64,000 nucleotides of DNA, from positions 125,415,731 to 125,479,730 of the forward strand of contig NC_092378.1 of the NCBI RefSeq assembly GCF_030028105.1. Reading direction: 5' to 3'. Positions 12,757 to 25,361 of the stretch are shown here, piece by piece (position 1 is the stretch's first letter; each line of letters starts with the position of its first letter). This stretch comes from Mobula birostris (taxonomy: Eukaryota). The notes beneath the pieces were generated by a model. It ran no database searches and was not told the origin of the DNA. It worked only from the letters and a program-made list of their open reading frames with translations. Made by a program: the position numbers and the translations under genes.

Positions 12757-14380
12757 GCATAAGACCATAAGATATAGGAGCAGAATTAGGCCATTTGGCC
12801 CATCAGGTCTGCTCTGCCATTTCACCATGGCTGATCCAATTTCCCTCTCAGCCCCCATCTCCTGCCTTCTTCCTGTATCCCTTCATGCCCTGAACAATCA
12901 AGAATTTATCATCCTCTGCCATAAATATACATAAATAAACACTTGGCCTCCACAGATGCCTGTGGCAAAGAATTCTCTGGCTAAAGAAATTCTTCCTCAT
13001 CCGTCCTAAAAGGATGCCCCTCTATTCTGAGGCTGTGTCCTCTTGTCTTAAGCTCTCCCACCATAGGGAACATGCTCTTCACATTCACTATAACAAAGCC
13101 TTTTGCCATTTGACAGGTTTCAATGAGGTCACCCCTCATTCTTCTGAATTCTAGTGAAAGCAGGCCCAGAGCTATCAAACGCCACTCTTCATGACAAGCC
13201 ATTCAATCCTGCAATCAGTTTACTGAACCTCCTTTGAACCCTCTCCAGTTTCAGCACATCCTTTCTAAGGGGCCCAAAACTGTTCACAATACTCCAAGTG
13301 AGACTTCACCAGTGTTTTATAAAGTCTCAACATTACATCTTTGCTTTTATATTCTAGGCAAATGTATGTTGACATTGCATTTGCCTTCCTCACCAGACTC
13401 AACCTGCAAATTAACCTTTAGGTAATCCTGCACTAGGACTCCTAATTCCCTTTGCACCTCAGTTTTTTTGTACTTTCTCTCCATTTAGAAAATAGTCAAC
13501 CCTTTCATTTCTACATAAGACCATGACCACACACTTCCCGACACTGTATTCCAACTGCCATTTCTTTGCCCTTTCTCCTAATCTGTCAAAGTCCTTCCGC
13601 AGCCTCTCCACTTCCCCAAAACTACCTGCCCCTCCACCTATCTTCATATCATCCACAAACTTTGCAACAAAGCCATCAATTTCATCATCTGAATCATTGA
13701 CATATAACATAAAAAGAATCGGACCTAACACAGACCCTGTGGAACACCACCAGACACCAGCAGCCAATCAGAAAAGGCTCCCTTTATTCCCAATCCTTGC
13801 CTCCAGCCAATCAGCCAATTCTTTATCCATGCTAGAATCTTTCCTGTAATACCATGGGCTTGTAGCTTGTTAAGTAGCTTCATGTGCTGCACCTTGTGAA
13901 AGGCCTTCAGAAAATCCAAGTACGCGCTATCTACCGATTCTCCTTTGTTTGTCCTGCTTGTTCTATTTTCAAAGAATTCCAAAAGATTTGTCAGGCAAGA
14001 TTTTCCCTTGAGGGAACCATACTAACTGCAGCTTATTTTATCATATGCCTCCAAGTATCCTGAGACCTCATCCTTAATAATCAACTCCAACATCTTCCTA
14101 ACCACAGAAGTCAGACTAACCGGCCTATAGTTTCCTCTCTTCTGCTCTCGCCCTTCTTGAAGAGCAGAGTCACATTTGCAATTTTCCAGTCGAGATTCTT
14201 GAGAGATCATTACTAATACCGCCACAATCTCTTCAGCCACCACTTTTAGAACTCTGGGGCGTACACTATCTGATCCAGGTGACTTACCTACCTTCAGATC
14301 TTTCAGTTTCCCCAAGAACCTTCTCTCTAGTTATGGTAACTTCACATACTTCAGACCCCCATCACCTGGAACTTCCACCA
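12757..14380 (-). mobile_element. CR1 LINE 3' fragment (RT)
   Basis: GNYRPVSLTSVV, GSVLGPILF, KFVDDMKIGG, LEFRRMRGDLIE; CR1-type 3' tail near 12760. Confidence 0.88.
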
Positions 14381-14389
14381 TATTCCAGC

Positions 14390-14575
14390 ATGATTACTAC
14401 TATGGGAACTTAAAGCAGAGTTGGTAAGATCTTGATTAGTAGGGTTGTCAAAGGTTACACGGAGAATGCAGGGGAATGGGGTTTTGAAAGAAAATCAATT
14501 TTCCATGATCAAATGGCAGAGCAGACTCGATGGGATAATTGTCCTAATTCTGCTCCCATGTCTCATGGTCTTAAA
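14390..14575 (+). mobile_element. CR1 3' end fragment
   Basis: Resembles the CR1 3' UTR at 32270-32485 (..ccatgat-aaatggc-gag-agactc-atggg..taattctgctcc-atgtct..). Confidence 0.65.
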
Positions 14576-16504
14576 TGCTTTGAGTTGTATGGTATAAAAG
14601 TGAATTTTGAGAATTTTTCTTAGCACTGAATATTCTAGGCTATTGCTTGTTTACTAAAACTTTTAAGCTGATGGTGATCTTCAGCAAATGGAAATCTTTA
14701 GTGGCATCTTTAACAAGAAACTGTCTTGGGCACAATAGAATATATTATTCACAAAATTATGATGATTTGGTTTAAAAAAGGTATTGATATTGTAAACAGA
14801 AAAATTAATAACTATTACAAAACTGCCCGAGGGGAAAATTTGATCTACTAACTTCTGATTGTATCAGCTACATCCAATGCAGAGCAGCAATAAACAACTA
14901 AATCACTCTCGGAGAACTGCATTTAACATCAGCCAAATGAAGATGGCACTGGCATTAAGGAGGAACCTTACTATCCAAGAAGAAACAGCAATGATAGGAT
15001 AAGCTATTGTACTAAATGTCATTTCATCTCTAGCTTTACAAGATTGATGACAAGCCCAAAGACTTAATTTAGTGGACTAAATGGCCTAATTCTGCTCCCA
15101 TGTCAAATAATTAATGTCTCATAATTGCATGAGTACCTTCAAACTGTGTCCTATTCCCAATGATCTTCAGTGACATTCTACCCATCACAAGGTCAGAATT
15201 GGTGACTGTATAATGCTATTACAGCTCCTCAGAAAATGAAGCTGTCTACACAGACATGAAGCAAGATCTAAACAACGTAACAGGAATCGGTTGATAATGA
15301 CAAGTAACATTTATCCCACAAAGGTGCCAAACAATAACCATTTTCAACAAGAAAGTGTACAATAATCACCTACTGTAGATATTCAATGGCAATGTCATCA
15401 TTATATCCCCTTCCCATCAACATAATTGATGGAAAACTCAAATGGCTCAGCAGATTAAATGTTGTGGGTTCAAGAACACAGTAAGAGGCTGGGTATCCTG
15501 CTATGCACAACTTATCCTAAAGTCTTCACACAACTCACAAGATACTAGTTAGGTACCAGTTATGCTTAAATTAATGTAGTTCCAACAACATTTCAAAGCT
15601 CAACACCATCAAGAAAAAAGTAGGCGGCATTACTGCAACCCAAGCACCACCCTAAATATTCAGTCTCTCCACCAGCTGAGCACCATGACCGAAGTACACA
15701 TCATCTACAAAAATGCACTACAATTACATACCAGGAAAATTCCAACATGTTCAGAACCCAATACATCTACCAATGCAGAATAAGTGAAAAAGCACCCAAA
15801 AACATCACCAACTGCACATGTTCCCATTCAAGTCAAATATAACCGCATTACCTCATCATGCCTGGTCACAGATTCCAGAACTCCCAATACAAGCCTCAGG
15901 ATAATTAGTTTACTTGTGTATGTCATGGAAGTTGGAGATGTTACAGATAGCCAGGAAGACTGCCTAAGGATGCAGATCACATAGAAAGTTGGGCAGAGTT
16001 TTGGTGGATGGAATTTAACCACCACAAATGGAAGATCATGCATTTTAGGAATTCAAAAGAAGGGCGAGTCATTTACAGCAAATGATAGGTTCTAATGAAC
16101 GTCGATGAACAGAAAGTCCTTGGGATTCAACTCTATAGTTCCCTGAATGGTCACACTGGGTGACAAAGATGACATAGATCAGGACACAGAACATAAAGGA
16201 CACTTTATAACAGCAGTGAGACTGCACTTGCAGTACTCTGCGTTTCTGGTTACCACACCATAGTAAGGATGTGGTTGCGTTGGAGAGAATACAGAGAAGA
16301 TTCACCAGCACATTGGCTGGATTGGAGGAGAGATGTCCCAAGAGCAGTGGAAATGGAGGGGTGGCCTGATAGTGGTATGTAAAATTATAAACAGTCAATA
16401 TCTTTTACCCATAGTGGGTATAATCACAAACAAGTGGACATGGGTTTAAAGTGAGAGAAGAGTTTTAAAGGGAACTTGAGGGAAAAGTTTTATTTGACAC
16501 AGAT

Positions 16505-16870
16505 CAACACACACAAAATGATGGAGAAACTCAGCAGGTCAGGCTGCATCTATGGAAATTAATACAGTTGACGTTTCGGGCCATGGCCCTTCTTCAGGAC
16601 TGAGAAGGGAAGGGGAAGATAGCAAAGTCAAAAGGTGGGAGAAGGGGAGGGAGGCTAGCTGGAAGGTGGTAGGTGAAGACAGGTGAGCAGGAGAGGTCAA
16701 GAGCTGGAGAAGAAGGAATCTGATACGAGTGGATCATAGGGGAAAGGGAAGGAGGGAGGACCCAGAGGGAAATGATAGACAGGTGAGGAGGTAAAAGGTC
16801 AGAGTGGGGACTAGAGGAAGAGGAGGGGTGAATTGTTTACCAGAAGGAGAGACGATTGATACTCATGCCA
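16505..16870 (-). mobile_element. Penelope-like element 3' region (polypurine tract + hammerhead)
   Basis: Same terminal sequence as 31380-31470 (caacacacacaaaatg..gaactcagcaggtcagg..catctatgg), followed by a purine-rich tract. Confidence 0.75.
16565..16602 (-). ncRNA. Minimal hammerhead ribozyme motif with intact catalytic core
   Basis: cagtc CTGAAGA A GGGC-CATG-GCCC GAAA C GTC aactg. All core residues present, perfect 4-bp stem II, GUC triplet, one mismatch in stem I. Confidence 0.65.
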
Positions 16871-18289
16871 TCACAGATAGTGGTTGATATTTAGAACTCT
16901 GCTACAGGAGATGATGGAGGAATTGAATACAACCATTTGCCTAGGAGATAATTAGAAAGACACTTAAAGTCAAAGAAAGATGCAGGTGTACAGCAGGCAA
17001 TTAGGATGAGCATTGATGGCCAAAAACGGTTGGCATAGATGCGGCAGGCTAAAGGTCCACTTCTGTTCTGTAACTCTGCGGTTATGATTCTAATTGTACT
17101 GCGGGAGTACCTTCACCAAAAGCACTACAGTGCGTGAAGGTGGCAGCTCACTACCATGTACTTGAGGGCAAATAGAGGTAAGCCATGAATGCTGAAAAAT
17201 TAATGACAAATATTGTTCATGGAATTATAACCAAGTTCCAAAATGCATTGATTAACAGCTATGGCAAGAAGGCAGGTTGCCTTGACAAATTTGTTCTGTT
17301 CTGACAAGACCATCATGCACACATGCATTGTAGTTATTTGCCTAGGCTATTCTGAAAGCAGCCAAATTCCAGTGACACAGAGATTTTGTAGAAACCATAC
17401 TCTAGATTATCTTTTAAAATTACTGCATTTGTCTGATTAACAATCTTGTTCTATGTGTTTAAATAAACAAAAAATAATTTGATTCTATGTAACTTTACCA
17501 GGCTGATCCACAAACTTCCAGATGTATACCAAAATCATAACTCGACTAATGACAAGCTATTCAAATTGCATGTGACGACTTGCTCATTTGAAAGGAAGTC
17601 TCTTAACTGAGTCAGTAATAATTATTTTCTCCTTATTTAATCTAATCTCAATGGGCACATCCTGCAATAATATTCTGTACACCACAGCAGATTTTAAACA
17701 TCTACCATTTAAACTAAGAATGCATTTATTTCAGATTTGAAAAGGTGAAAAAATACCTCTTAATAGTAAAACTGATCTGAACAAGTAGCCTTATAGAACA
17801 GGAAAGTTGACCGTGCCTGTGAATAGCTTATGCATTCACAGGCCAGGACATCAAAATAAAGTTAGAAGTTATGATTGGTGGAGTTGAGAAGTTGCTTTGA
17901 ATCAACATATTAAGCCTTTGTGTTTGCAGACTCACTTGGTAATAATCTCCACTCTAAGGCAGAAATGTTTGTGTTCAAATACTACTTTGGAACAAAATAA
18001 GCTCAAGACTAATAACAAATGGAAAAAGTACAATGTCATTTGAAATCGAGGACAGAAAGTTGTAGGAAGAAGGATGGAGGCGTTATTCGCAGGTGTCAAG
18101 ACCACGACTTTTCACATCAGAAACATTTTGGTCACGATCGACCTTCTGTTTGTGGGCACATGCTGTGTGCAGCGTGACGCCATTGCAAACAACTTCTCTT
18201 CAGAAAAGGGAGTGAAACCGAAGTACGCAGCATAGAGGCCTTGACTCTCTTAGTGTCTTTCCCCCATACCCCAAAGCCCAAATGTTAGC

Positions 18290-18570
18290 AGAGGCCCAGT
18301 CCACGCTCCACCGCTGCCGGTCCGAGGGGGACCCAAACCTTCCGCCGCTCAGCAGAAGCACTCACCCGATGCCGGCCTTGAACGGCTTGTGGCCGGCCCG
18401 GAGCAGGTGAGAGGGAGACCGGATGGCGCAGGACGAGATCCCGAAAGTGGGCAGACCGGTAGCTCAACCCCACATCTCGACAGCCACTGGGAACTCAACA
18501 CCGGAATCTCATCTCACTCCCAACAACGGCTGCAGAGGCCGATGGGACGGACGGTGGCCGCACGGATTCA
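18290..18570 (-). promoter_or_regulatory. CpG-rich island; probable INTS15 promoter and non-coding exon 1 (donor at 18366/18365)
   Basis: Local GC/CpG-rich stretch in an AT-rich background, with a minus-strand donor CGG|gtgagt. The INTS15 ATG is preceded by an acceptor (ctaac...aacag|G ATG), which implies an upstream exon. Confidence 0.6.
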
Positions 18571-18959
18571 AATCGCACATATATTGAACTGGTTTCTGCT
18601 AATACCCCCAAACAAATATAACCATATTTATCTACATGTTAAGTTTCTGTTTGCACATTAGTCAATTGTAACTTAATACTTTTACGATGTCCTCAGGTTG
18701 AGTTCAAATTACTGAGGTTTCTTTTCAGATATTGTTATTTATTTTGAACCAATACACCATGCCTTTATACCAATATAATGCTTGCAGGCTGAGCGAGTCA
18801 TACTGCTCTCAAAGGCAAAGTTTCTGTGTGAAAATGTTGATTAAATAGTTAGTGGAATGATAGAAAATTTTGTAAATAGGTGGTTTGGAAATCATGTCAA
18901 ACGTCTAAACACAAGAGATTCTGCAGATCCTGGAAACACAAAATGCTGGAGCTAATCAA

Positions 18960-19870
18960 TGATACAAGATTTAAGATTGTTTAACGTAATTTTCTGTATT
19001 CAGTGTAAGGAGAACAAAATAATTGTTAGTCTATATCCGATGCAACACAAAAAATTAAGCCCACAATAATAATAAAATAAACACAATAAACATAAAAGAT
19101 GGCTTATAATACATAAATTGATTGTATGTCCATAAAGTGACACTAGGTTGTACAAAATGTGACTGATGGAAAATAATAAAGTAGAGGTTGAGTTGGTGGG
19201 TGGATGTGTTGATCAGCCTTGCTGCTTGGGAAAGTGACTGTTACTTTGAGTATGGTGATCCTGGTGTCATTGCTTTGTAGCCTCCTCCCTGATGGTAGTG
19301 GAGCACAGTCCATGAGCTGGGTGTGTGGTGTGTGGGATTCTTCATGATGGTACTGGCTCTTTTTCAACACCTTTCTGTATAAATGTCATTAATACCGGGT
19401 AAGATGGTGCCAGTGATGCGTTGGGCAGTTTTGACAACACACGCCAGAGCTTTCTTGCCCGCCATAGTAAAGTTTCCATACCATGCAGTGATGCAGCTTG
19501 TTAGGATGCTCTCTACTTTGCATATGTAGAATGACTTGCGGTAGATATGCAAAGTCCAGCTGTCTTCAGCCTCCTCTGAAAGTAAAGGCTTTTGGTGACC
19601 TTTCTTAACTGTGCAAGATGTATTCTGGGCCATGATAGGTTGTGTATGATGGGCACTGCCCAGGAGTTTGAAACGGCTTTGAGTTTCCAGTTTCCACTGC
19701 TGTGCCCTGATGTTAAGTGGGGGGGGGGGGTGAATGCAGTGAGTTCTCCTGGATCTCCTTTGTCTTGTTGACACAACGGAAGTGATTTTTTGGCTGGCAC
19801 CCGTGTTGAGGATGATGTGGATGGAGGGGCAGATATGCATCCTGACTACCTGAGCTCTGTTCATTAGGAA
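18960..19870 (-). mobile_element. Rex/Babar-type LINE 3' fragment
   Basis: ESILTSCITAWYGN, KALACVVKTAQRITGT, DIYTERC, PLPSGRRL. Confidence 0.75.
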
Positions 19871-20111
19871 GACTAACACTGTGTTGCATGATGGCGTACT
19901 TAGACAAGAGTATGAGCTTGTTCACCACGGTTTGATACAATTGTATTTCAATGCTATATTGACTGTTCTGTTGTATATTTTACTGTACATACTATTTATT
20001 ACAAATTACTATAATTTGCACATTGAATATTTAGATAGAGATGTAATGTAAAGATTTTTACTCCTCACATATGTGAAGAATGTAAGAAATAAAGTCAATT
20101 CAATTCAGTTG

Positions 20112-20305
20112 TATTTATTGAGATAGAGTGTGGGATAAGACCTTCCGGCCCTTCAAGCTGCTGTGCCCAACAATCCCCCAATTTAATCTGAGCCTAATCA
20201 CGGGACAATTTACAATGACCAATTAACCTACCAACCCATATATCTTTGGACTGTGGGAGGAAACTGGAGTACACGAAGGAAACCCATGCAGTCATGGGGA
20301 GAACT
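20112..20305 (-). mobile_element. V-SINE/HE1-like SINE fragment
   Basis: Minus-strand core tctccccatgactgcatgggtttcc..gtttcctcccacagtccaaag; a second copy lies at 42017-42195. Confidence 0.65.
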
Positions 20306-21269
20306 ACATGGTACACACACTTTGATAATAAACTTACTCAAAGCTTTGAACTTTATTAATTCCATCTCACATGCTACTAACAGTGTGCTCAATCCAAATC
20401 TGTGTTTCCAACATTAAATCTGTCGAAGACTACAGAGGTCTAAAACCCCCAGAGGAAACCCAGACATTCCACGGGAGGACATACAGAGGACGCCGTGATT
20501 GAGCTCTGAACTCCAATGCCCGGTGCTGGAGTAGCAATGTCATTCAACTATACACCTGAATACAGCCTCCAGGGCCAAGGTGCAAAGCACAGTACTAACA
20601 GTCACACACAGCAATATAACTATGGCAGCAGAAAAACATAGTCACAAAAAATAATAATATAGCCCAAGTCCCTGAGTGTAGTGGCCTGTAGGTTGATGGC
20701 ATGGGATGTTTGTCCTGCAGCCACATTCACACACTAGTGCAGCTGCTGAAGAAAGGAATCCAGCTTATCCTACTCCAAGTGAACACTGGAGGGAACCACT
20801 GACAGGAGGGTCCAGCCTGGACCCCCACTGGACACTGCCTCCAGCGTCTCCTCCCCTGGGTCACTGCAGCAGATGACCCCGTGGCATGAGAGCCTGGTTC
20901 ATGCAACAACCAAGGCCACACAGCTCCCCTGCTGTCAGTCATGCAAACAAACCAGTGAAATTAACTTGCAATATTGTACATTACCAAAATCCAACAGGGT
21001 CTTGTGACCAGAAGGAAAATGTCCAAGGCAATGATTTGCACCATTTATTGGATCGTGCACCACCTCTGACACCTTCCTCCATTGGTGACTAACAGGTTGT
21101 AACACAGTACAAAATGCCTAGCTAAGAAGCAACTCGTTGATGGAGCAGACCTTTAGTACTTGATGTTTTCAATATCCAGCAGTGTCTTTTGCTTGCAAAA
21201 AAAAGTCATAAAGGATGAACAATTACGTCCTTGCTTGGACATAGAGAGGCCACTGCAACCAAGCACACT

Positions 21270-21546
21270 GCCATCTTACCAGAAGTTGTTGTTCAGACCA
21301 AACATCACAATGGGGAAGAAATGTGATCGAAGTGACTTTGACCGTGGAATGATTGTTGGAGCCAAACAGGGTGGTTTGCGTATCTCAGAAACTGCTGCTC
21401 TCTTGGGATTGTCACACATAACTATCACTAGAAGTTATAGAGAATAGTGCAAAATACAAAAAAAAATATCCAGTGAGTGGCAGTTTTGTGGGCAAAAGCA
21501 CCCTGTTAATGAGAGGAGGTAACTAATAAAGTGGCCACTGAGTGTA
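21270..21546 (+). mobile_element. Tc1-like DNA transposon, internally deleted
   Basis: MGKKCDRSDFDRGMIVGAKQGGLRISETAALLG (Tc1 N-terminal HTH). Terminal ..ctaataaagtggccactgagtg followed by TA. Confidence 0.75.
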
Positions 21547-21674
21547 AATCCTCTGCTTAACTGTGTTTGAAATCTTCTGACCTTAATGACATTTTAATTT
21601 AGCTTTCTTCAGCCATTTACAGTCTTGCCATTGTCTATCATCTGTGGTTAAAAAGGTTGAATACATGCAATATG

Positions 21675-22030
21675 TATAAAATGCCAGAGGAACTCAGGAG
21701 GTTAGGGACCATCTATGGAGATGAATAAACAGTCAACTTTTTGGGCCGAGACCCTTCGTCAGGACGGGAGAGGAAGGGAGAAGATGCCAGAATAAGGAGG
21801 TGGGAGGAAGGGAGGGAGGTGGTGATGGGCAAAACTAGGTGGGTGGGTGAGGAGGAAGTAATGGGATAGGTGGAGAAGGTAAAGAGCTGAAGAAGAAGGA
21901 ATCTGATAGGAAAGGAGAATGGACCATGGGGGAGAGGTGAGGAGGAGGGGCACAGGGAGGTGGTAGGCAGGTAAGGAGAAGAGGTAGAGACCAGGGTAGG
22001 GAATTGAAGAAGAGGAAAGGGGGAAGGGAA
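21675..22030 (-). mobile_element. Penelope-like element 3' region with mutated hammerhead (21730-21767)
   Basis: Minus strand ccgtc CTGACGA AGGGTCTCGGCCC AAAAA GTT gactg, plus the purine-rich tract seen at 16600-16870. Confidence 0.72.
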
Positions 22031-23389
22031 TGCATACACTGTATTTCAAAGTTATTAAAGTTAATGGATCACAGGTATGACTGGAGAAAACCTTTTCACT
22101 TGTAAACTAAAATGTGAAGAAGATTCTCAAATTATATAAAAAGTGAAACAATTTTTCAAAAGTTGTATTGAAGATATAAGCAACACCCCTATGTAGCAAG
22201 ACATGACCACTGTTCAGGCTGGAACTGAAATATGACAACTAACACAATGCTGTTGGTGGAAGACAATGGTCATTTCCAAACATGAATCACCTGTCCATGA
22301 AATCCAATTGCATTAACACTGGCAAATAACCCACTTCCATCTTTCTGGAGCTCTCCATAGACCAAAAACCTGACCATACAAATGCTTTTGCTACAAGGAC
22401 AGCGAAAGAGATCTCAGATGGTGACAAGAAGGTGCACAGGAGTGAAAGAGATCAGCTGGTTGAATGGTGTCACAATAACAACCTTGCACTAAACATCAGC
22501 AAGACCAAGAGAATGATTGTGGATTTCAGGAAGGTGAAGTTGGGAGAACACACACCCGTACTCAACCCTAACCCTGAAATAAGATGGTGCCAGCAACCAA
22601 CACAATTAACGCCGATATCATGCCGTCTGCTCATGAAACTACTTCTTCTCCTTCTTTTAAATATACTTCTACTACCAATCTGTGTACAATTGGAGCTTGT
22701 AATTTACATCTTGATAATTTGGTTTTGGACCGACTGAGCGCTTTTGCTATCTCTGAGAGAATTCGGCATGGTTGAGAACGGAGTGTGAGACCTAATGGAG
22801 AAGTGCAAACCCACGATTGGCTCCAGTTTTTGACCAAGTCGCCAATGAAAACGTCCAGCAAGATTGAAATCATCAATCAGATGAGAGCGGAAGGAGAGCA
22901 GGTGTCCAGCATTGTCTGCCTGTGTTTGACCTGTTTCCCTCTCCCTCTCACTCACTGCTGTCAGAGGAAGGAGTCTTGGGCAAGGTTTGATCAGCATGTT
23001 TGTGGATTGGACTTGTTTTTAGAGGGCTCTGCAGTTCATGTTATATGGGTTTCTGGTTACTCCTTTTTTACTGCTACTCTGCTCGATTTTGATGGACTGA
23101 CTCTGTAGCCTGCAGTCAACAAACAACAGTGCTAAATTGAACTGAACTGAACTAAACTGAACATTCCTAGACTGTTTCAATTACTGCGCAGTTTGATGTT
23201 TAATATTCTGTGTGTTATTTGCTCATTTTTTGCCATTTGCTCGATTTATTCTATTTTTTTGTGCATTGGGAGTTTGATGTTTTCTTTGAACAGATTCCAT
23301 GGAGTTTCTTTATTCCGTAGCTGTCTATGGAGAAGACAAATCTTAGGGTTGTATACTGAATACATACCTTGATAATAAATGTTCTTTGA

Positions 23390-24015
23390 TCTTTGATTGA
23401 GGGGTCAGTGGAAAAGGTGAGCAGTTTCGAGTTCCTTGATGTCAACATCTCTGAAGATCCTTCCTGGGCCCAAAACTTCAATGCAATGATGAAGAAGCCA
23501 TGCAAGCAGCTCTACTTTATTAATAGTTTGAGGAGATTCGGTGTGTCACAAATTAGTCTTGCAAATTTCTATGCATGTACAATGGGGAGCATTCTGACTG
23601 GTTGCATCACCACCTTATATGGAGCCTCCAACGTACAGGGTTGCAACAAGCTGCAAAGACTCAGCCAGCTCCATCGGGGGCACAACCCTTCCTACCGTTG
23701 AGGACATCTACAAGAGGTAGTGCCTCAAGAAAGTGGAATCTATCTCTGAGGATTCTCACTATATGGGGTATGTCCATTTCTCATTACTACCATTATGGAG
23801 GAGCTGGAAGATCTACACTCAATGATTCAGGAACAGCTTCTTATCTGCCATCAGATTTCTGAACAATGCATGAAAGCATGACCACTACCACATTATTCTT
23901 TTTTTTTTGCACTATTTATTTTGTAATTCATAGGTATTTTATGTCTTTGCACTGTGCTGCCACAAAACAACCATATATCATATAAGCAATGATAATAAAC
24001 CTAATACTGATTCTG
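23390..24015 (+). mobile_element. Rex/Babar-type LINE 3' fragment
   Basis: VEKVSSFEFLDVNISEDPSW, LYFINSLRRFG, SILTGCIT; tail ..gataataaacctaatactgattctga. Confidence 0.75.
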
Positions 24016-24073
24016 AAAGACCAGATGCCTCACAATGAGTAGCTGATTTTAATCACCGGTTTACCGGCTATCT

Positions 24074-24079
24074 TTTATT
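24074..24079 (-). terminator. Candidate ECI1 polyadenylation signal AATAAA
   Basis: Minus-strand AATAAA about 570 nt past the ECI1 stop codon. Confidence 0.4.
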
Positions 24080-24651
24080 TAACTAAAACTGTGTTAAGAT
24101 CACTGACAAAACCAGTTTGTATAAAGATTAATTCTATCCCCAACTGCAAGTTATTTCGTAGATTTGATTTCACATCTTCGCCAATTTCCTATGAGTTACT
24201 TTTTCATTTGAAGTAGACATCTTTTAAAAAATCTCTTCTGAAAAAAAATAGTTCAGCTTTCCCACAAAAATTAAATTCTGAATTCCCATAACTCCCAGAC
24301 TTGTTTTGTAAAGATTCAACCAAATAAGTAAAAGTTACACTGAAAGCTACTGTTTCAATTACTATTAGGCTACTCAGGCATTCAACAAGCTTCTTGAGTA
24401 AACTGCACAATCAAGAGACTGATAGCAGTAGATTTAGGCACTTTCACACTTTACAATATAAAGGGTCTGGACATAAAATTCCATTTGTCTTTCATTTTGG
24501 AAAAGATGCAAATTTTCATTGATGAAATTACAGAAACAATATTCCAAAAACATTTGGAATGATCAAAATACAGAAAAATACAATTAGATATTCAGAGTCT
24601 TTAGAATTATTACCCATTAAGTCATGCCACCCTGTTTAACAACACAGTTAT

Positions 24652-24818
24652 TCAGCTTTTTCTTTGTTTCAGATTCTCCATGTACATCTCAAGAGACTTT
24701 TGAATAGAATCTTTACTGATAAAATTGAGAAAATTTTGTATATCTGCTTCCCTTTGAGTCAAAAGTCGTTCAAGTATTGGTTTCCGCATCATGGTCTTGG
24801 TTATTTGCCGAGCATGAT
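24652..24818 (-). CDS. ECI1: Enoyl-CoA delta isomerase 1, exon 7 (last)
   Basis: ttgcag|AT CAT GCT CGG: (D)HARQITKTMMRKPILERLLTQREADIQNFLNFISKDSIQKSLEMYMENLKQRKS*. Confidence 0.93.
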
Positions 24819-25110
24819 CTGCAAGACAAATGGTTTAAGAAGGTAAGGGATCCAAAAAAGAAATGAAAGAGAAAACCTTACCTAAAGCAATTTGTTAATT
24901 ACAAATAATCCTACGTTAAGAAATGGGAATTAAAAAGTACATTCAAGCTATCTGAAGTTATGTCATTTCTTAGGTCTTGCCAATCAAGCTGTGTGTATTG
25001 ACTGAATTTACCACATTTTGAAGCCATGAGGGGTGAAAACTACTCTGTAACTGATAAACTGCTGATCACAAAAGGATCCATGGGAGTAAGTTAATAACAT
25101 ATAGCTCTTT

Positions 25111-25361
25111 TTTTTTTGTGTGCCATACTCTGCCAGAGTCTCGGAAACCACTTTTCAAGCGGTTGTCTTGGAGGAAAGATTCTGTGAGTAGTCCCCCATG
25201 TCCTTCTCACAGTGCAGTTTTTTTTACGACACCGAGTTGCAAGCTCGACACTCAACCCAGCACGGATGGAAAGTGTGCCCAGGAGCGGCCCGACTGGATT
25301 CGAACTCGGGAACCTTTGCTCCGGAGTCTGGCGCTGATGTCACTGCGCCACCAGCCAGGTT
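25111..25361 (-). mobile_element. tRNA-derived SINE with poly(A) tail and 12-bp TSD
   Basis: A box TGGCGCAGTGA, B box GAGTTCGAATCC, A10 tail. TSD atatagctcttt at 25099-25110 and 25362-25373. Confidence 0.85.

Larger units (their letters stand above)
15900..17075 (+). mobile_element. Old CR1 RT/3' fragment interrupted by a PLE insertion
   Basis: Degenerate LYxxxVRLHLQYSAFxLPHxSKDVVALERIQRRFT; resumes after the PLE segment near 16875. Confidence 0.55.

Noticed and set aside
17815-17843. 10-bp hairpin gcctgtgaat/attcacaggc as a possible snoRNA or miRNA
   Set aside because: Stem too short, and no convincing H/ACA or C/D boxes or second hairpin.
21713-22049. Pro/Ser/Leu-rich ORFs in all three minus frames (also 31073-31444)
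   Set aside because: Artefact of the stop-poor pyrimidine tract in the PLE 3' region.
25285-25358. tRNA gene
   Set aside because: A and B boxes are present, but it continues into a SINE body with a poly(A) tail and TSD and has no clean cloverleaf.
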